DNA from: Crocosphaera subtropica ATCC 51142
GTDB taxonomy: Bacteria > Cyanobacteriota > Cyanobacteriia > Cyanobacteriales > Microcystaceae
Direction: 5' to 3'
Length of the DNA: 32,000 nucleotides
Assembly: GCF_000017845.1 (NCBI RefSeq)
Contig: NC_010539.1
Coordinates: forward strand, 7,621 to 39,620
Part shown: piece after piece, positions 1-8,249 of the stretch
Layout: every line of letters starts with the position of its first letter
How positions within the stretch are numbered: the stretch's first letter is position 1
The notes under the pieces: model-generated
What the model was told of the DNA's origin: nothing
The model's input: only the letters and a program-made list of their open reading frames with translations
The model's database searches: none
Position numbers and translations under genes: made by a program

Positions 1-1
1 A

Positions 2-649
2 AACTTAGATAATGTTCAAATAAACACGGCGGTTATTCAACTGAATGGGAAAGAAGTTACTATCATTCAAATAGTAGATAAACAAGGATTTCCTTACAGT
101 TGGTTAACCATTGCCGAAGGGTTAGTCAAAGACTCATCATTTAGAGAGTTATGGAATCAAACCTTAGCCGAAATACCGTTTAATTTTCAATGGAAACCCG
201 TTCCCATACATCCTAAATTTGCTAAAACTTATCCTTTTTTTGCTGTTTTAGTACCTTCATCTTTTCCTCCATCAAATCCTTCGGCTTACCGTAAATATCT
301 CAACAAACTATCTAATGAAGAATTAATTACAACCTTTCCTAATTTATCAGGCGATGCCCTTTTATTAATTCCTAAAGATACAGGCGATTATGGTCATATT
401 GCAGATTTTTGTCGTAATGCAGATGATAAGTTAATTCAAACCTTATGGCAATCGTTTGGAAAATTAACCTATCAAGCTATTCTTAATGAAGAGATTCTAT
501 GGTGTAATACACATGGTCATGGCGTTCCTTGGATGCACATACGATTTGATGAAACCTTAAAATATGCAGCGTTTCCTCCTTATGGAACCATTGATGAAAC
601 ATCTCAAAAAGAATGGTATGAAACGATTTATTTAAAAGTTTTTGAATAA
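2..649 (+). CDS. hypothetical protein, 3' part only (5' end lies outside the window)
   Basis: Frame 2 is open from the window edge to TAA at 647-649. It translates to ...FPYSWLTIAEGL...HGHGVPWMHIRFDETLKYAAFPPYG...YLKVFE*. It is missing from the ORF track because it has no start. I recognise no family. Confidence 0.5.
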   Translation, partial: NLDNVQINTAVIQLNGKEVTIIQIVDKQGFPYSWLTIAEGLVKDSSFRELWNQTLAEIPFNFQWKPVPIHPKFAKTYPFFAVLVPSSFPPSNPSAYRKYLNKLSNEELITTFPNLSGDALLLIPKDTGDYGHIADFCRNADDKLIQTLWQSFGKLTYQAILNEEILWCNTHGHGVPWMHIRFDETLKYAAFPPYGTIDETSQKEWYETIYLKVFE

Positions 650-662
650 CCATTAATTTTTA

Positions 663-734
663 CTTCTGTGCGATAGCGCCGGAACGTAGTGAGGAACTTC
701 TGTTCGATAGAGCCGGAGCGGAGCGAGGAACTTC
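663..734. repeat. imperfect 34-nt tandem repeat (two full units plus the first 4 nt of a third)
   Basis: Unit 1 is 663-696 (CTTCTGTGCGATAGCGCCGGAACGTAGTGAGGAA). Unit 2 is 697-730 (CTTCTGTTCGATAGAGCCGGAGCGGAGCGAGGAA). They match at 29 of 34 positions, and CTTC recurs at 731-734. The repeat is GC-rich relative to its flanks and lies between two convergent stop codons. Confidence 0.75.
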
Positions 735-1380
735 ATAAATGTTGTCCCAAACCACACCACCCACTGTAAGCAATAGCGATCGCATCTACTTGCGCGTCTC
801 GTTTCAATGGGTTAAGGTAGAACATTTGTTCGAGTATGTCTGCAATATCTTCTCTTTCGGCTTTAGGATTATCAAGATTACTTTTCCAAGTGGCAGGATT
901 TACCATCAGAGGAAGACAACCATGACGATAAGCGACGAGGTTAAGAACGCCTAACACTTGCAGTAATTTAGCGGTTGATGGGAATTCAGGGTTAATAAAG
1001 GTCTTTTCGATCGCAATCTGTGTCGGTTGATAGTCTTTGATAATCTCTTGTAAATCAGCTTCAATTTCTGCTAATCGACAAGGTAGCGGATCATCGGAAT
1101 TGGTTGAAATTAAGCCAAAATCAACCATTTGGGGGTCTTCTGTGGTTTCTCCTTCAAGGATAGCCCATCCTAATTGAGAGATACTCGGTTTGATGCCTAG
1201 CCAACGAGGGGGATGGGAAGTTGAGGGTTTTTCCGCACTTTGATCTAAGGAGATGGCATAAGCTTTTATCTCTTCAACAAAACATTCAGGAACTCGAATG
1301 GCTTTAGTGGGGAGATGATGCCATTGAGTTCGATGAGGGTGAGGTAATGGATGATAATTCGGCATGATTGGAGTGTACAC
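733..1380 (-). CDS. RuvC-like Holliday-junction-resolvase-fold protein with a ~60-aa N-terminal extension
   Basis: Collinear with E. coli RuvC by eye: WLGIKPSISQLGWAIL vs ILGIDPGSRVTGYGVI; DPLPCRL...YQPTQIAIEKTF vs DDLPSRL...FQPDYFAIEQVF; RDAQVDAIAIAY vs ADAADALAIAI. The first catalytic Asp position is Lys (K64). Confidence 0.7.
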   Translation of the reverse strand: MYTPIMPNYHPLPHPHRTQWHHLPTKAIRVPECFVEEIKAYAISLDQSAEKPSTSHPPRWLGIKPSISQLGWAILEGETTEDPQMVDFGLISTNSDDPLPCRLAEIEADLQEIIKDYQPTQIAIEKTFINPEFPSTAKLLQVLGVLNLVAYRHGCLPLMVNPATWKSNLDNPKAEREDIADILEQMFYLNPLKRDAQVDAIAIAYSGWCGLGQHL

Positions 1381-2677
1381 TCAAATAAAGATAAATAGAG
1401 TGGTTAACAATATGGATCTTGATTTTTTAATGGTTTCTGGGTTAATGGGAGACGTTCCCCCTGTTGACCCCAACCTTAAACAATGGTTGCAACAACAGAC
1501 GATTACCCAAGAGAGTCCAGGGCGTATTTTTCAAGATTGGCAAAGTTTCTTAGATTTTATTGGCACTGATGGGGCAGAAGTAACAGGAAAAAATGATTAT
1601 TTCCCTATGAAACTTTTACCCGAAATTAATGCTTGTCTTAGTCAACCAATTGATATTGATTTGAAACGACCTCAACAGAAATCTTATCCTTATATTCATG
1701 GACTTTATTTACTGGTGAGATTATTAGGATTAGCTTCTCCTATTCGAGAGGGAAAAAAGTCAAAGTTAATTATCAATCAAGACTTATTAAAAACTTGGCA
1801 GAAGTTAAACGTAACTGAACAGTATTTAATTTTATTAGAAGTTGCGCTCTTTTGGCTTTCAATTGATTATGGAAGTGTGGCGACTTTTCTTTCAACGTTT
1901 AATACTTGGATGAGATTGCCTCAAAAAAAAGTTAAAATCACGAAACAAAATGCGGGTAAATATAATTTAGATTATCTAGAAACTGTCACCCATTTTGCTC
2001 TTTTTGACCTATTTGGTTTGGTTAAATTGGAATCAGGAAAACCCTTACCAGGGAAAGGATGGAATATTACGGCTATTGAAAAAACGCCTTTTGGAGAAGC
2101 GATGATGCAAGTCCTCATTCGCTGTTTTATGAGTCAAGGAAGTTCATTTGTCTCTCATAGGGAGAATCCTTTGATCTATGGAGAATTCCAACCCTTATTA
2201 CAAGAGTATTTTCCTGACTATCAACATAAATTTACCATTCCTGACCCCAATGAATCAAGGGAATTAACCGATGGTATTTATCAATTTAAAGTCTCATTAG
2301 GGAGAGCATGGCGACGCATTCTGCTCAGGGGCGATTCGACGTTAGACCCCTTAGCTGATACTATTTTAAATGCTTTTGACTTTGATAAAGACCATCTCTA
2401 TCAATTTATTTGTAAAAATCGTTTAGGGAAGGAATTTTATATTAATGAGAGATTTTTAGAAGAACCCCCCTATACTGATAAATTTCTAGTCAAAGAATTA
2501 CCTTTACAAATAGGAGATACTATGATTTTCCTCTTTGATTTTGGGGATAATTGGCAATTTTCTGTTATGTTAGAAGGGATTAATCCCCCTGATAAAGACT
2601 TAAAAATACCGATTATTGAAGAAAGTAAGGGCAAGGCTCCAATACAATATGAAGAGTGGGATGACCATGAATATTAA
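1364..2677 (+). CDS. pRiA4b ORF-3-like (MM3350-like domain) protein
   Basis: The C-terminal IGDTMIFLFDFGDNWQFSVMLEGI matches the YxYDFGDxWxH core of the plasmid pRiA4b ORF-3 family. The start may instead be ATG 1412 (MDLDFLM...), which would remove the overlap with the divergent gene. Confidence 0.65.
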   Translation: MIGVYTQIKINRVVNNMDLDFLMVSGLMGDVPPVDPNLKQWLQQQTITQESPGRIFQDWQSFLDFIGTDGAEVTGKNDYFPMKLLPEINACLSQPIDIDLKRPQQKSYPYIHGLYLLVRLLGLASPIREGKKSKLIINQDLLKTWQKLNVTEQYLILLEVALFWLSIDYGSVATFLSTFNTWMRLPQKKVKITKQNAGKYNLDYLETVTHFALFDLFGLVKLESGKPLPGKGWNITAIEKTPFGEAMMQVLIRCFMSQGSSFVSHRENPLIYGEFQPLLQEYFPDYQHKFTIPDPNESRELTDGIYQFKVSLGRAWRRILLRGDSTLDPLADTILNAFDFDKDHLYQFICKNRLGKEFYINERFLEEPPYTDKFLVKELPLQIGDTMIFLFDFGDNWQFSVMLEGINPPDKDLKIPIIEESKGKAPIQYEEWDDHEY

Positions 2678-2711
2678 ACATGAGTTAAAAAGGATAAAAA
2701 GGGGGGTTGAT

Positions 2712-3584
2712 TTATATATCAATAAACTGACTACTGCCTTCATTGGGTCTAGCGTGTAAATATTTAGAAGTAATGGTCAAAGATGAATGGCCAAGCGATC
2801 GCATCAGGACATCAATATCACAACCATTTTCTAAACTATGACAAGCATGAGCATGACGTAACCAATGAGTAGACGTATGTTCATTAATTCCTGCTTTTTC
2901 TGCGGTCTTTTTAACGATACGATGAAGTTGATGACGGTCTAACCGATTACCAAACCGTGTGGTAAACACCGCCTCTGTTTTCTGTGAACGAGGAAGCTTC
3001 TTTAACTCCTTCCAAAGATTATCACTAATTAAAACCGTCCTAACTTTACCCCCTTTCCCTGTGATAGTCGCTTGTCCCCCTTGTTTGCGAGGTCGTAAGT
3101 CACGCCAGTTGATACTCAGGGCTTCTGTTGCCCTTAGTCCCGTTGCATAAATCAAAGTTAATATTGTGCGATCGCGTCCCTCCTTGGCCGCTTCAATGAG
3201 TGCTTTTACCTCCGGCTGTTCTAAAATTCTTTCGTGTAAAGCATTAACCGAACTAGGGGCTTTAACCGCTTTGGCGATATTCAGGGGTAAATAACCAATT
3301 TTCCAAGCATAAGAGAATAAACTCTTGATAATGGAGATTTTGAGGGCGATAGAATTTTGAGAATAGTCTTTGATGAATAGGAGATCAACCCATCGTGTCA
3401 AATCTTCTAAGAGGACATTAACTAACGGTTTTTCAACGAAACCGAGAAATTGGTTAACGGTGCGAGCGTAAGTTTTTTGGGTGCCGAGGCGTAACCCACT
3501 TAACCACAATTGGATAACTTGGGTATCGTTATCAACCTCTGTGATAGGGGGATGATAAGTATTTAGGGGTGTCATAGGGAACAA
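2712..3584 (-). CDS. tyrosine recombinase / phage-type integrase (XerC/XerD-like)
   Basis: The catalytic signature is intact: ATGLRATEAL (Arg), HWLRHAHACH (HxxR), LGHSSLTITSKYLH (Tyr). An N-terminal SAM-like core-binding region is present (TYARTVNQFLGF). Confidence 0.9.
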   Translation of the reverse strand: MFPMTPLNTYHPPITEVDNDTQVIQLWLSGLRLGTQKTYARTVNQFLGFVEKPLVNVLLEDLTRWVDLLFIKDYSQNSIALKISIIKSLFSYAWKIGYLPLNIAKAVKAPSSVNALHERILEQPEVKALIEAAKEGRDRTILTLIYATGLRATEALSINWRDLRPRKQGGQATITGKGGKVRTVLISDNLWKELKKLPRSQKTEAVFTTRFGNRLDRHQLHRIVKKTAEKAGINEHTSTHWLRHAHACHSLENGCDIDVLMRSLGHSSLTITSKYLHARPNEGSSQFIDI

Positions 3585-3720
3585 CTAACACAACGATAGA
3601 AATGTTTTGTTGTATTTCTTTGACCTTATTCTAATCCCCTTTGTTCAATCTCAGGTAATCGGTTAATATCGTGAAGCGTGCAGAAGTGGCCACCTTGCTC
3701 TTTTTTTAGATGAAAAATTA

Positions 3721-4440
3721 ATGAGAATAACATTCTACGTGAATCGTGTTCCTGGGAATCCATTAAAAGGAAGAGGATGGATTGATATCAGGAATTTGGA
3801 AGTAGTCAAACGTCTTAATATTCCCATGACAGGAGATTGTACTAATTCTCATATTCAAATTAAGGTAAAGTGTTCCTCACCAGAGTATGAAAAGTTCAGA
3901 CAAAAAGGTTATACTCGTTCAAAGTCGAATGGAATTTCAGTGGGAAAATTTGAAGAAGATTATCTAATGGTTACAGTTGCTTGTCATAGAGGAAAAGCTG
4001 GTGGCAAAAAGTTTCAGGTAATCGAAAAGCGAGAAAATGTAAGCTTGATAGTGCAAAAATCTTTAACCATAGAAGCGGTAAGGTTTTGGGCAGAAACTTG
4101 GGCAAGTGAAGGAGCTTATTTAGTAACTCCAGGAGGAAAAAAGATAGCCATCGAACAAAATAAAGTAATAGAAACTGAATATGTGTATTTGATATATAGT
4201 GAAGTTATGAATGCCATAAAAATAGGACGAGCTAAAAACGTAGAAAAAAGATTTACATCTTTGCAAACGGCTCATCCCTATCCTTTAAAAATTATTAAAA
4301 CCTTGAAAGTGTCTGGGAAAAAAGCTGCTATAGATTTAGAAAAACAGTTACATCAACAATTTGCTGATTATAGGTTGTCAGGAGAATGGTTCAAAGCTTG
4401 TGAGGCTTTAATGAATTTTTCTGATGATAAAAATAGCTAA
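3721..4440 (+). CDS. T5orf172 / GIY-YIG-superfamily domain protein with an unrecognised N-terminal domain
   Basis: The C-terminal YVYLIYSEVMNAIKIGRAKNVEKRFTSLQTAHPYPLKII...LEKQLHQQFADYRLSGEWFK fits the T5orf172 (MUG113-like) pattern: KIG..., R...LQT, GEWF. Confidence 0.7.
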   Translation: MRITFYVNRVPGNPLKGRGWIDIRNLEVVKRLNIPMTGDCTNSHIQIKVKCSSPEYEKFRQKGYTRSKSNGISVGKFEEDYLMVTVACHRGKAGGKKFQVIEKRENVSLIVQKSLTIEAVRFWAETWASEGAYLVTPGGKKIAIEQNKVIETEYVYLIYSEVMNAIKIGRAKNVEKRFTSLQTAHPYPLKIIKTLKVSGKKAAIDLEKQLHQQFADYRLSGEWFKACEALMNFSDDKNS

Positions 4441-4603
4441 AAGATGCTGAAATGACCTTTAATTAAAGAAAATTAATTGAGGCTTATAATTCAATTCCGA
4501 ATGTGATGGAATGACGAGATTTTGTAGCACAATTTTAACTAAGGAGGGGCTTAAAAAATATTGATTCGATGTTATATAATTAATAAAAAGTCCTGAAAAA
4601 GTT

Positions 4604-6094
4604 ATGAGTCAATCAGTAGTCGTCCCTGATGAATTAGGGGAAATAATAACAGCTGTTATTGAATTTTATCAAGATGCAGTTGATAAGATAGAGCCAAAAA
4701 TAGTCTTTTTAGAATTAAGAAAGAATGTAGTGGACTGGGTATCAAGAACTCAGTTAAAAATAGAAGAAAAAGAAATTCAAGCCACTGGATTAACAAGACA
4801 ACAGCAAACAGCCTATAAAGAGATGATTAATTTTATTGAGAATAGTTCAGAGCAATACTTTAGGTTGAGTGGATATGCTGGCACAGGAAAAAGCTTTTTA
4901 ATGGCTAAAGTAATTGAATGGTTAAAACAAGAAGACTATAAATATTCAGTGGCCGCTCCAACTAATAAAGCAGCGAAGAACTTAACCCAAATTGCCCGTA
5001 GTCAAGGGATAAAAATAGAAGCGACAACCGTAGCTAAACTTTTGAAACTACAACCGACTATCGATGTTGATACAGGACAACAAAGCTTTGAATTTAACTC
5101 GGAAAAAGAGTTAGAATTAAAAGACTATGATGTAATCATTATAGATGAATATTCTATGCTCAATAAAGATAACTTTAGAGACTTACAACAAGCAGTAAAA
5201 GGAGGAGAAAGTAAGTTCATTTTTGTGGGGGATAGTTCACAATTACCACCAGTCAAAGAAAAAGAACCGATTGTAGCTAATCATCCTGATATAAGAAAAA
5301 GTGCTAACTTAACTCAAATTGTTAGATACGATGGTGAAATAGTAAAAGTAGCAGAAAGTATCAGACGAAATCCACGGTGGAATCATCAAACTTATCCATT
5401 TGAAACAGTGGCCGACGGGACAATAATAAAATTGAATACAGAGGATTGGTTGCAACAGGCTTTGAGTCATTTTGAAAAAGAAGATTGGTTGAGTAATCCA
5501 GATTATGTAAGGATGATAACCTGGAGAAATAAAACAGCAGATAAGTATAATCAAGCTATTCGTGAAGCTTTATATGGGGAAAATGTAGAACAGTTAGTAG
5601 TGGGCGATCGCCTGATAGCAAAGAAACCAGTATTTAGAAGTTTACCAGGGGGTAAAAAGAAAGAGAAAAAGATAATTCTTAATAATTCAGAAGAATGCAA
5701 AGTAATAGAAACTCCCAAAATTAACTATAACGAAAAATATAAATGGGAATTTTATCAAGTAAAGGTAAGAACAGATGAAGGGGGAATGATTGAGTTAAGA
5801 ATTCTCACTTCTGAATCAGAAGAAAAAAGACAGAAAAAGTTAAAAGAGTTAGCTAAACGAGCTAGAGAAGAAGAAAATTATAGTGAGAAAAAGAAACAAT
5901 GGGCTATTTATTATGAACTAGATGAGTTATTTGATAATATGGCTTATGCTTATGCCCTGACTTGTCATAAAGCACAAGGAAGTTCCATCGATAATGTATT
6001 TTTATTAGTATCGGATATGCACTATTGTCGAGACAAAACAAAAATGATTTATACTGGATTAACTAGAGCTAAAAAATGTTGTTATGTAGGTTAG
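4604..6094 (+). CDS. SF1 RecD/Dda-like DNA helicase
   Basis: Walker A LSGYAGTGKSF, Walker B VIIIDEYSML, motif III FVGDSSQLPPV, and the C-terminal AYALTCHKAQGSSIDNVFL motif. Confidence 0.85.
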   Translation: MSQSVVVPDELGEIITAVIEFYQDAVDKIEPKIVFLELRKNVVDWVSRTQLKIEEKEIQATGLTRQQQTAYKEMINFIENSSEQYFRLSGYAGTGKSFLMAKVIEWLKQEDYKYSVAAPTNKAAKNLTQIARSQGIKIEATTVAKLLKLQPTIDVDTGQQSFEFNSEKELELKDYDVIIIDEYSMLNKDNFRDLQQAVKGGESKFIFVGDSSQLPPVKEKEPIVANHPDIRKSANLTQIVRYDGEIVKVAESIRRNPRWNHQTYPFETVADGTIIKLNTEDWLQQALSHFEKEDWLSNPDYVRMITWRNKTADKYNQAIREALYGENVEQLVVGDRLIAKKPVFRSLPGGKKKEKKIILNNSEECKVIETPKINYNEKYKWEFYQVKVRTDEGGMIELRILTSESEEKRQKKLKELAKRAREEENYSEKKKQWAIYYELDELFDNMAYAYALTCHKAQGSSIDNVFLLVSDMHYCRDKTKMIYTGLTRAKKCCYVG

Positions 6095-6096
6095 TT

Positions 6097-6309
6097 ATGA
6101 AAAAATTTAATGATGAGAAACTTATGAGTAAACAAGAATTATTAGAACAAGAAAAACTCTTAGAAATCGAGAGACAACATCCTGTTTATCAAGGTATTAT
6201 TAGTTATCTTTTAGAAGAAGCTTTTAGCGAAGAAAAAGAGCCTCAATATATCAAAAAAGAAGAAATCCATGAATGGCTTCTCTCTCTTGTAGATGAAAAA
6301 GATGACTAA
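6097..6309 (+). CDS. small acidic hypothetical protein
   Basis: The track ORF is 6076-6309. ATG 6097 (MKKFNDEKLMSKQELL...) begins just after the helicase stop and is the more plausible start. No family recognised. Confidence 0.35.
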   Translation: MKKFNDEKLMSKQELLEQEKLLEIERQHPVYQGIISYLLEEAFSEEKEPQYIKKEEIHEWLLSLVDEKDD

Positions 6310-6784
6310 ATTATCCCCTCGTCAAAGAAAAGTAACTCGTCTTCATAGAATTAGCCATATATTGGACAAAGCCATCCCCATTCCAGGGACACAATGGAGA
6401 ATAGGATTAGATCCCATATTAGGATTAATACCAGGGGGTGGGGACACCATAGCAGGTGTATTATCGGCTTATATTGTTTGGGAATCAGCAAGAATGGGAG
6501 TAAACCGTAAGGTGATTGGGCAAATGGTGGCTAACGTATTGTTAGATTCATTGGCAGGTTCAGTCCCCGTAGTGGGAGATGTTTTTGATGTAACCTGGAA
6601 AGCTAATGTAAGAAATATCGAATTATTAGAACATCATCTAAACTTTACTCCTGAAAACAAGAAAGTTGACCGACTTTTTTTGATTGGATTAAGTATAGTT
6701 TTAATTCTAATTCTCTTGGGATTTACACTTTTAACATTAGCTTTACTAACGTGGTTATGGCAAAATATTATGGGTAATAACTAA
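6293..6784 (+). CDS. DUF4112-family membrane protein
   Basis: IPIPGTQWRIGLDPILGLIPGGGDTIAGVLSAYIV...VPVVGDVFDVTWKANVRNIELLE is the DUF4112 signature. A C-terminal hydrophobic helix follows (LFLIGLSIVLILILLGFTLLTLALL). Confidence 0.8.
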   Translation: MKKMTKLSPRQRKVTRLHRISHILDKAIPIPGTQWRIGLDPILGLIPGGGDTIAGVLSAYIVWESARMGVNRKVIGQMVANVLLDSLAGSVPVVGDVFDVTWKANVRNIELLEHHLNFTPENKKVDRLFLIGLSIVLILILLGFTLLTLALLTWLWQNIMGNN

Positions 6785-6985
6785 GGTCGTAATTCTAACA
6801 AAAATGTCGTAAGATTAGTGGGGAGAGGCATAAATAGAAAGCCAAGTAAAACATCATCCTTCATTATCTACGATATTGTTACCGTGCAGAAGTTAGCCGG
6901 CCATGCTTCCCCTGTTACCACGGCAAAGTATGATAGGAGAGGGGAGGCAGTTAAGAGAAAAGCGGTGCATAATTTGGGTTTTTAA
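6785..6985 (+). pseudogene. C-terminal remnant of a tyrosine recombinase
   Basis: The frame opens just after the stop at 6782-6784 and has no start codon. It reads ...FIIYDIVTVQKLAGHASPVTTAKYDRRGEAVKRKAVHNLGF*, which is the last ~35 aa of an integrase (D-I-x-x-V-Q-x-L-x-G-H-A-S...Y-D-R). The upstream catalytic motifs are absent. Confidence 0.6.
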
Positions 6986-7088
6986 GTGCCCGCTCGCTTC
7001 TTTAGGTAAAAACTTGAAAGTATTTAAGGAAAAATAACAATTTCTACGGTTTCTCCTGCTAAAATCAGATTAAAAGTTGCTGACTTTT

Positions 7089-8249
7089 TCACGAAAGATA
7101 GGGGCGAATTTTTTCAACCGCTACTGTCAGAATGTTAGCCGCTTTCTCAATGTCTTCATCAGTGGTAAATTTGCCAACTCCAATGCGTAAGGCTCCTTCA
7201 ATCATCTCATCAGATAACTTTAATGCACGCAATACATGGGAAGGAGTAGCGACTCCCGATGAACAGGCTGCACCCGTAGAAATGGCTAATTGATGGCGAA
7301 CTCTGGCGATAATAGCACTATTAGGAATCCCTGGTAGAGAAATATGAAGATTACCTGCAAGGCGAGCGTTTATGTTTCCGTTAACCTGTAAATCAGGGAT
7401 TTGCGCTTGTAATAAGGTTTGTAAGCGATCTCGTTGCCTAGCAATCTGCTGTTCATCTTGCTCCATTTCTAATTGACGCAGACGACAAGCTTCCCCTAAT
7501 CCCACAATACCAGGGACATTGAGGGTTCCTGAACGCAGTCCTTTTTGATGGCCACCCCCAAAGATAATGGGTTCGAGAGGATAGCCTTTTCTCACAACTA
7601 ATGCGCCAACGCCCTTGGGTCCATAAAGTTTATGGGCAGAAATAGCCAGGTAAGTAATGCCCCAGTCGTTGAAATTGATAGGAATTTTACCCACAGCTTG
7701 GGAGGCATCACAAAGGAAAGGAATATCGTATTGGTGGGCGATCTGACCAATTTTTTCAATGGGGTAAATATTGCCGATCTCATTGTTGGCTGCCATAACA
7801 CAGAGAAGGGATAGTCCATCAGCACAGGTATTTTCCAGATTTTCTAAATCTAATCGTCCAAAACCATCAACTTTGAGGTAAATGAGTTCAGCTTGTCCTT
7901 TTTTGGCGAGCATTTGAATGGTGTCTAAAACGGCTTTATGTTCCACGGGAGAAACGGCGATGCGGGGGAGTTTAGGGGAATTGATGGCTTGAATATGACC
8001 AATAATGGCGAGATTAATGCTTTCCGTTGCACCAGAGGTGAAGATAATGTCTTTGGGGGAAGCCTTAATCAGTTGGGCGATTGCTTGACGGGCGTTGTAA
8101 ACTGCTTTTTCAGCTTCATCGCCGTAGGTGTGGTCAATGCTGCTGGCGTTACCGAAGGCTGTAGTTAAGTAATAAACCATTAATTCAGCCACTCTGGGGT
8201 CAACGGGGGTGGTTGAATGGTAGTCAAGGTAAATGGGTTGAATTGTCAT
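7089..8249 (-). CDS. NifS/IscS-type cysteine desulfurase (SspA/DndA-like role inferred from context)
   Basis: PLP lysine motif ISAHKLYGPKGVGAL, catalytic cysteine loop ISTGAACSSGV, and a class V aminotransferase N-terminus. Its ATG overlaps the stop of the upstream 1841-aa gene (ATGA, 8246-8249). Confidence 0.9.
   Translation of the reverse strand: MTIQPIYLDYHSTTPVDPRVAELMVYYLTTAFGNASSIDHTYGDEAEKAVYNARQAIAQLIKASPKDIIFTSGATESINLAIIGHIQAINSPKLPRIAVSPVEHKAVLDTIQMLAKKGQAELIYLKVDGFGRLDLENLENTCADGLSLLCVMAANNEIGNIYPIEKIGQIAHQYDIPFLCDASQAVGKIPINFNDWGITYLAISAHKLYGPKGVGALVVRKGYPLEPIIFGGGHQKGLRSGTLNVPGIVGLGEACRLRQLEMEQDEQQIARQRDRLQTLLQAQIPDLQVNGNINARLAGNLHISLPGIPNSAIIARVRHQLAISTGAACSSGVATPSHVLRALKLSDEMIEGALRIGVGKFTTDEDIEKAANILTVAVEKIRPYLS

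Larger units (their letters stand above)
2712..6985. mobile_element. putative integrative element or remnant (integrase, T5orf172, helicase, cargo, second decayed integrase)
   Basis: An intact integrase sits at one end and an integrase C-terminal fragment at the other, with replication/nuclease-type genes between. I identified no att repeats, so the boundaries are approximate. Confidence 0.4.

Noticed and set aside
739-954. 71-aa plus-strand ORF
   Set aside because: It lies entirely antisense within the RuvC-like gene, whose product has clear family similarity. The plus-strand product has no recognisable features.
2959-3150. 63-aa plus-strand ORF
   Set aside because: It is antisense inside the well-supported tyrosine recombinase gene.
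5309-5554. 81-aa minus-strand ORF
   Set aside because: It is antisense inside the helicase gene, and its Ile/Phe-rich product is typical of AT-rich antisense frames.
3677-6893. Shared 11-mer CGTGCAGAAGT at 3677-3687 and 6883-6893 as possible att repeats
   Set aside because: Many 11-mer coincidences are expected by chance in 32 kb on two strands, and the flanks do not extend the match.
7598-8168. Three short ORFs (7598-7825 minus, 7632-7814 plus, 7938-8168 plus)
   Set aside because: All are embedded in or antisense to the cysteine desulfurase gene, which has unambiguous PLP and catalytic-Cys motifs.
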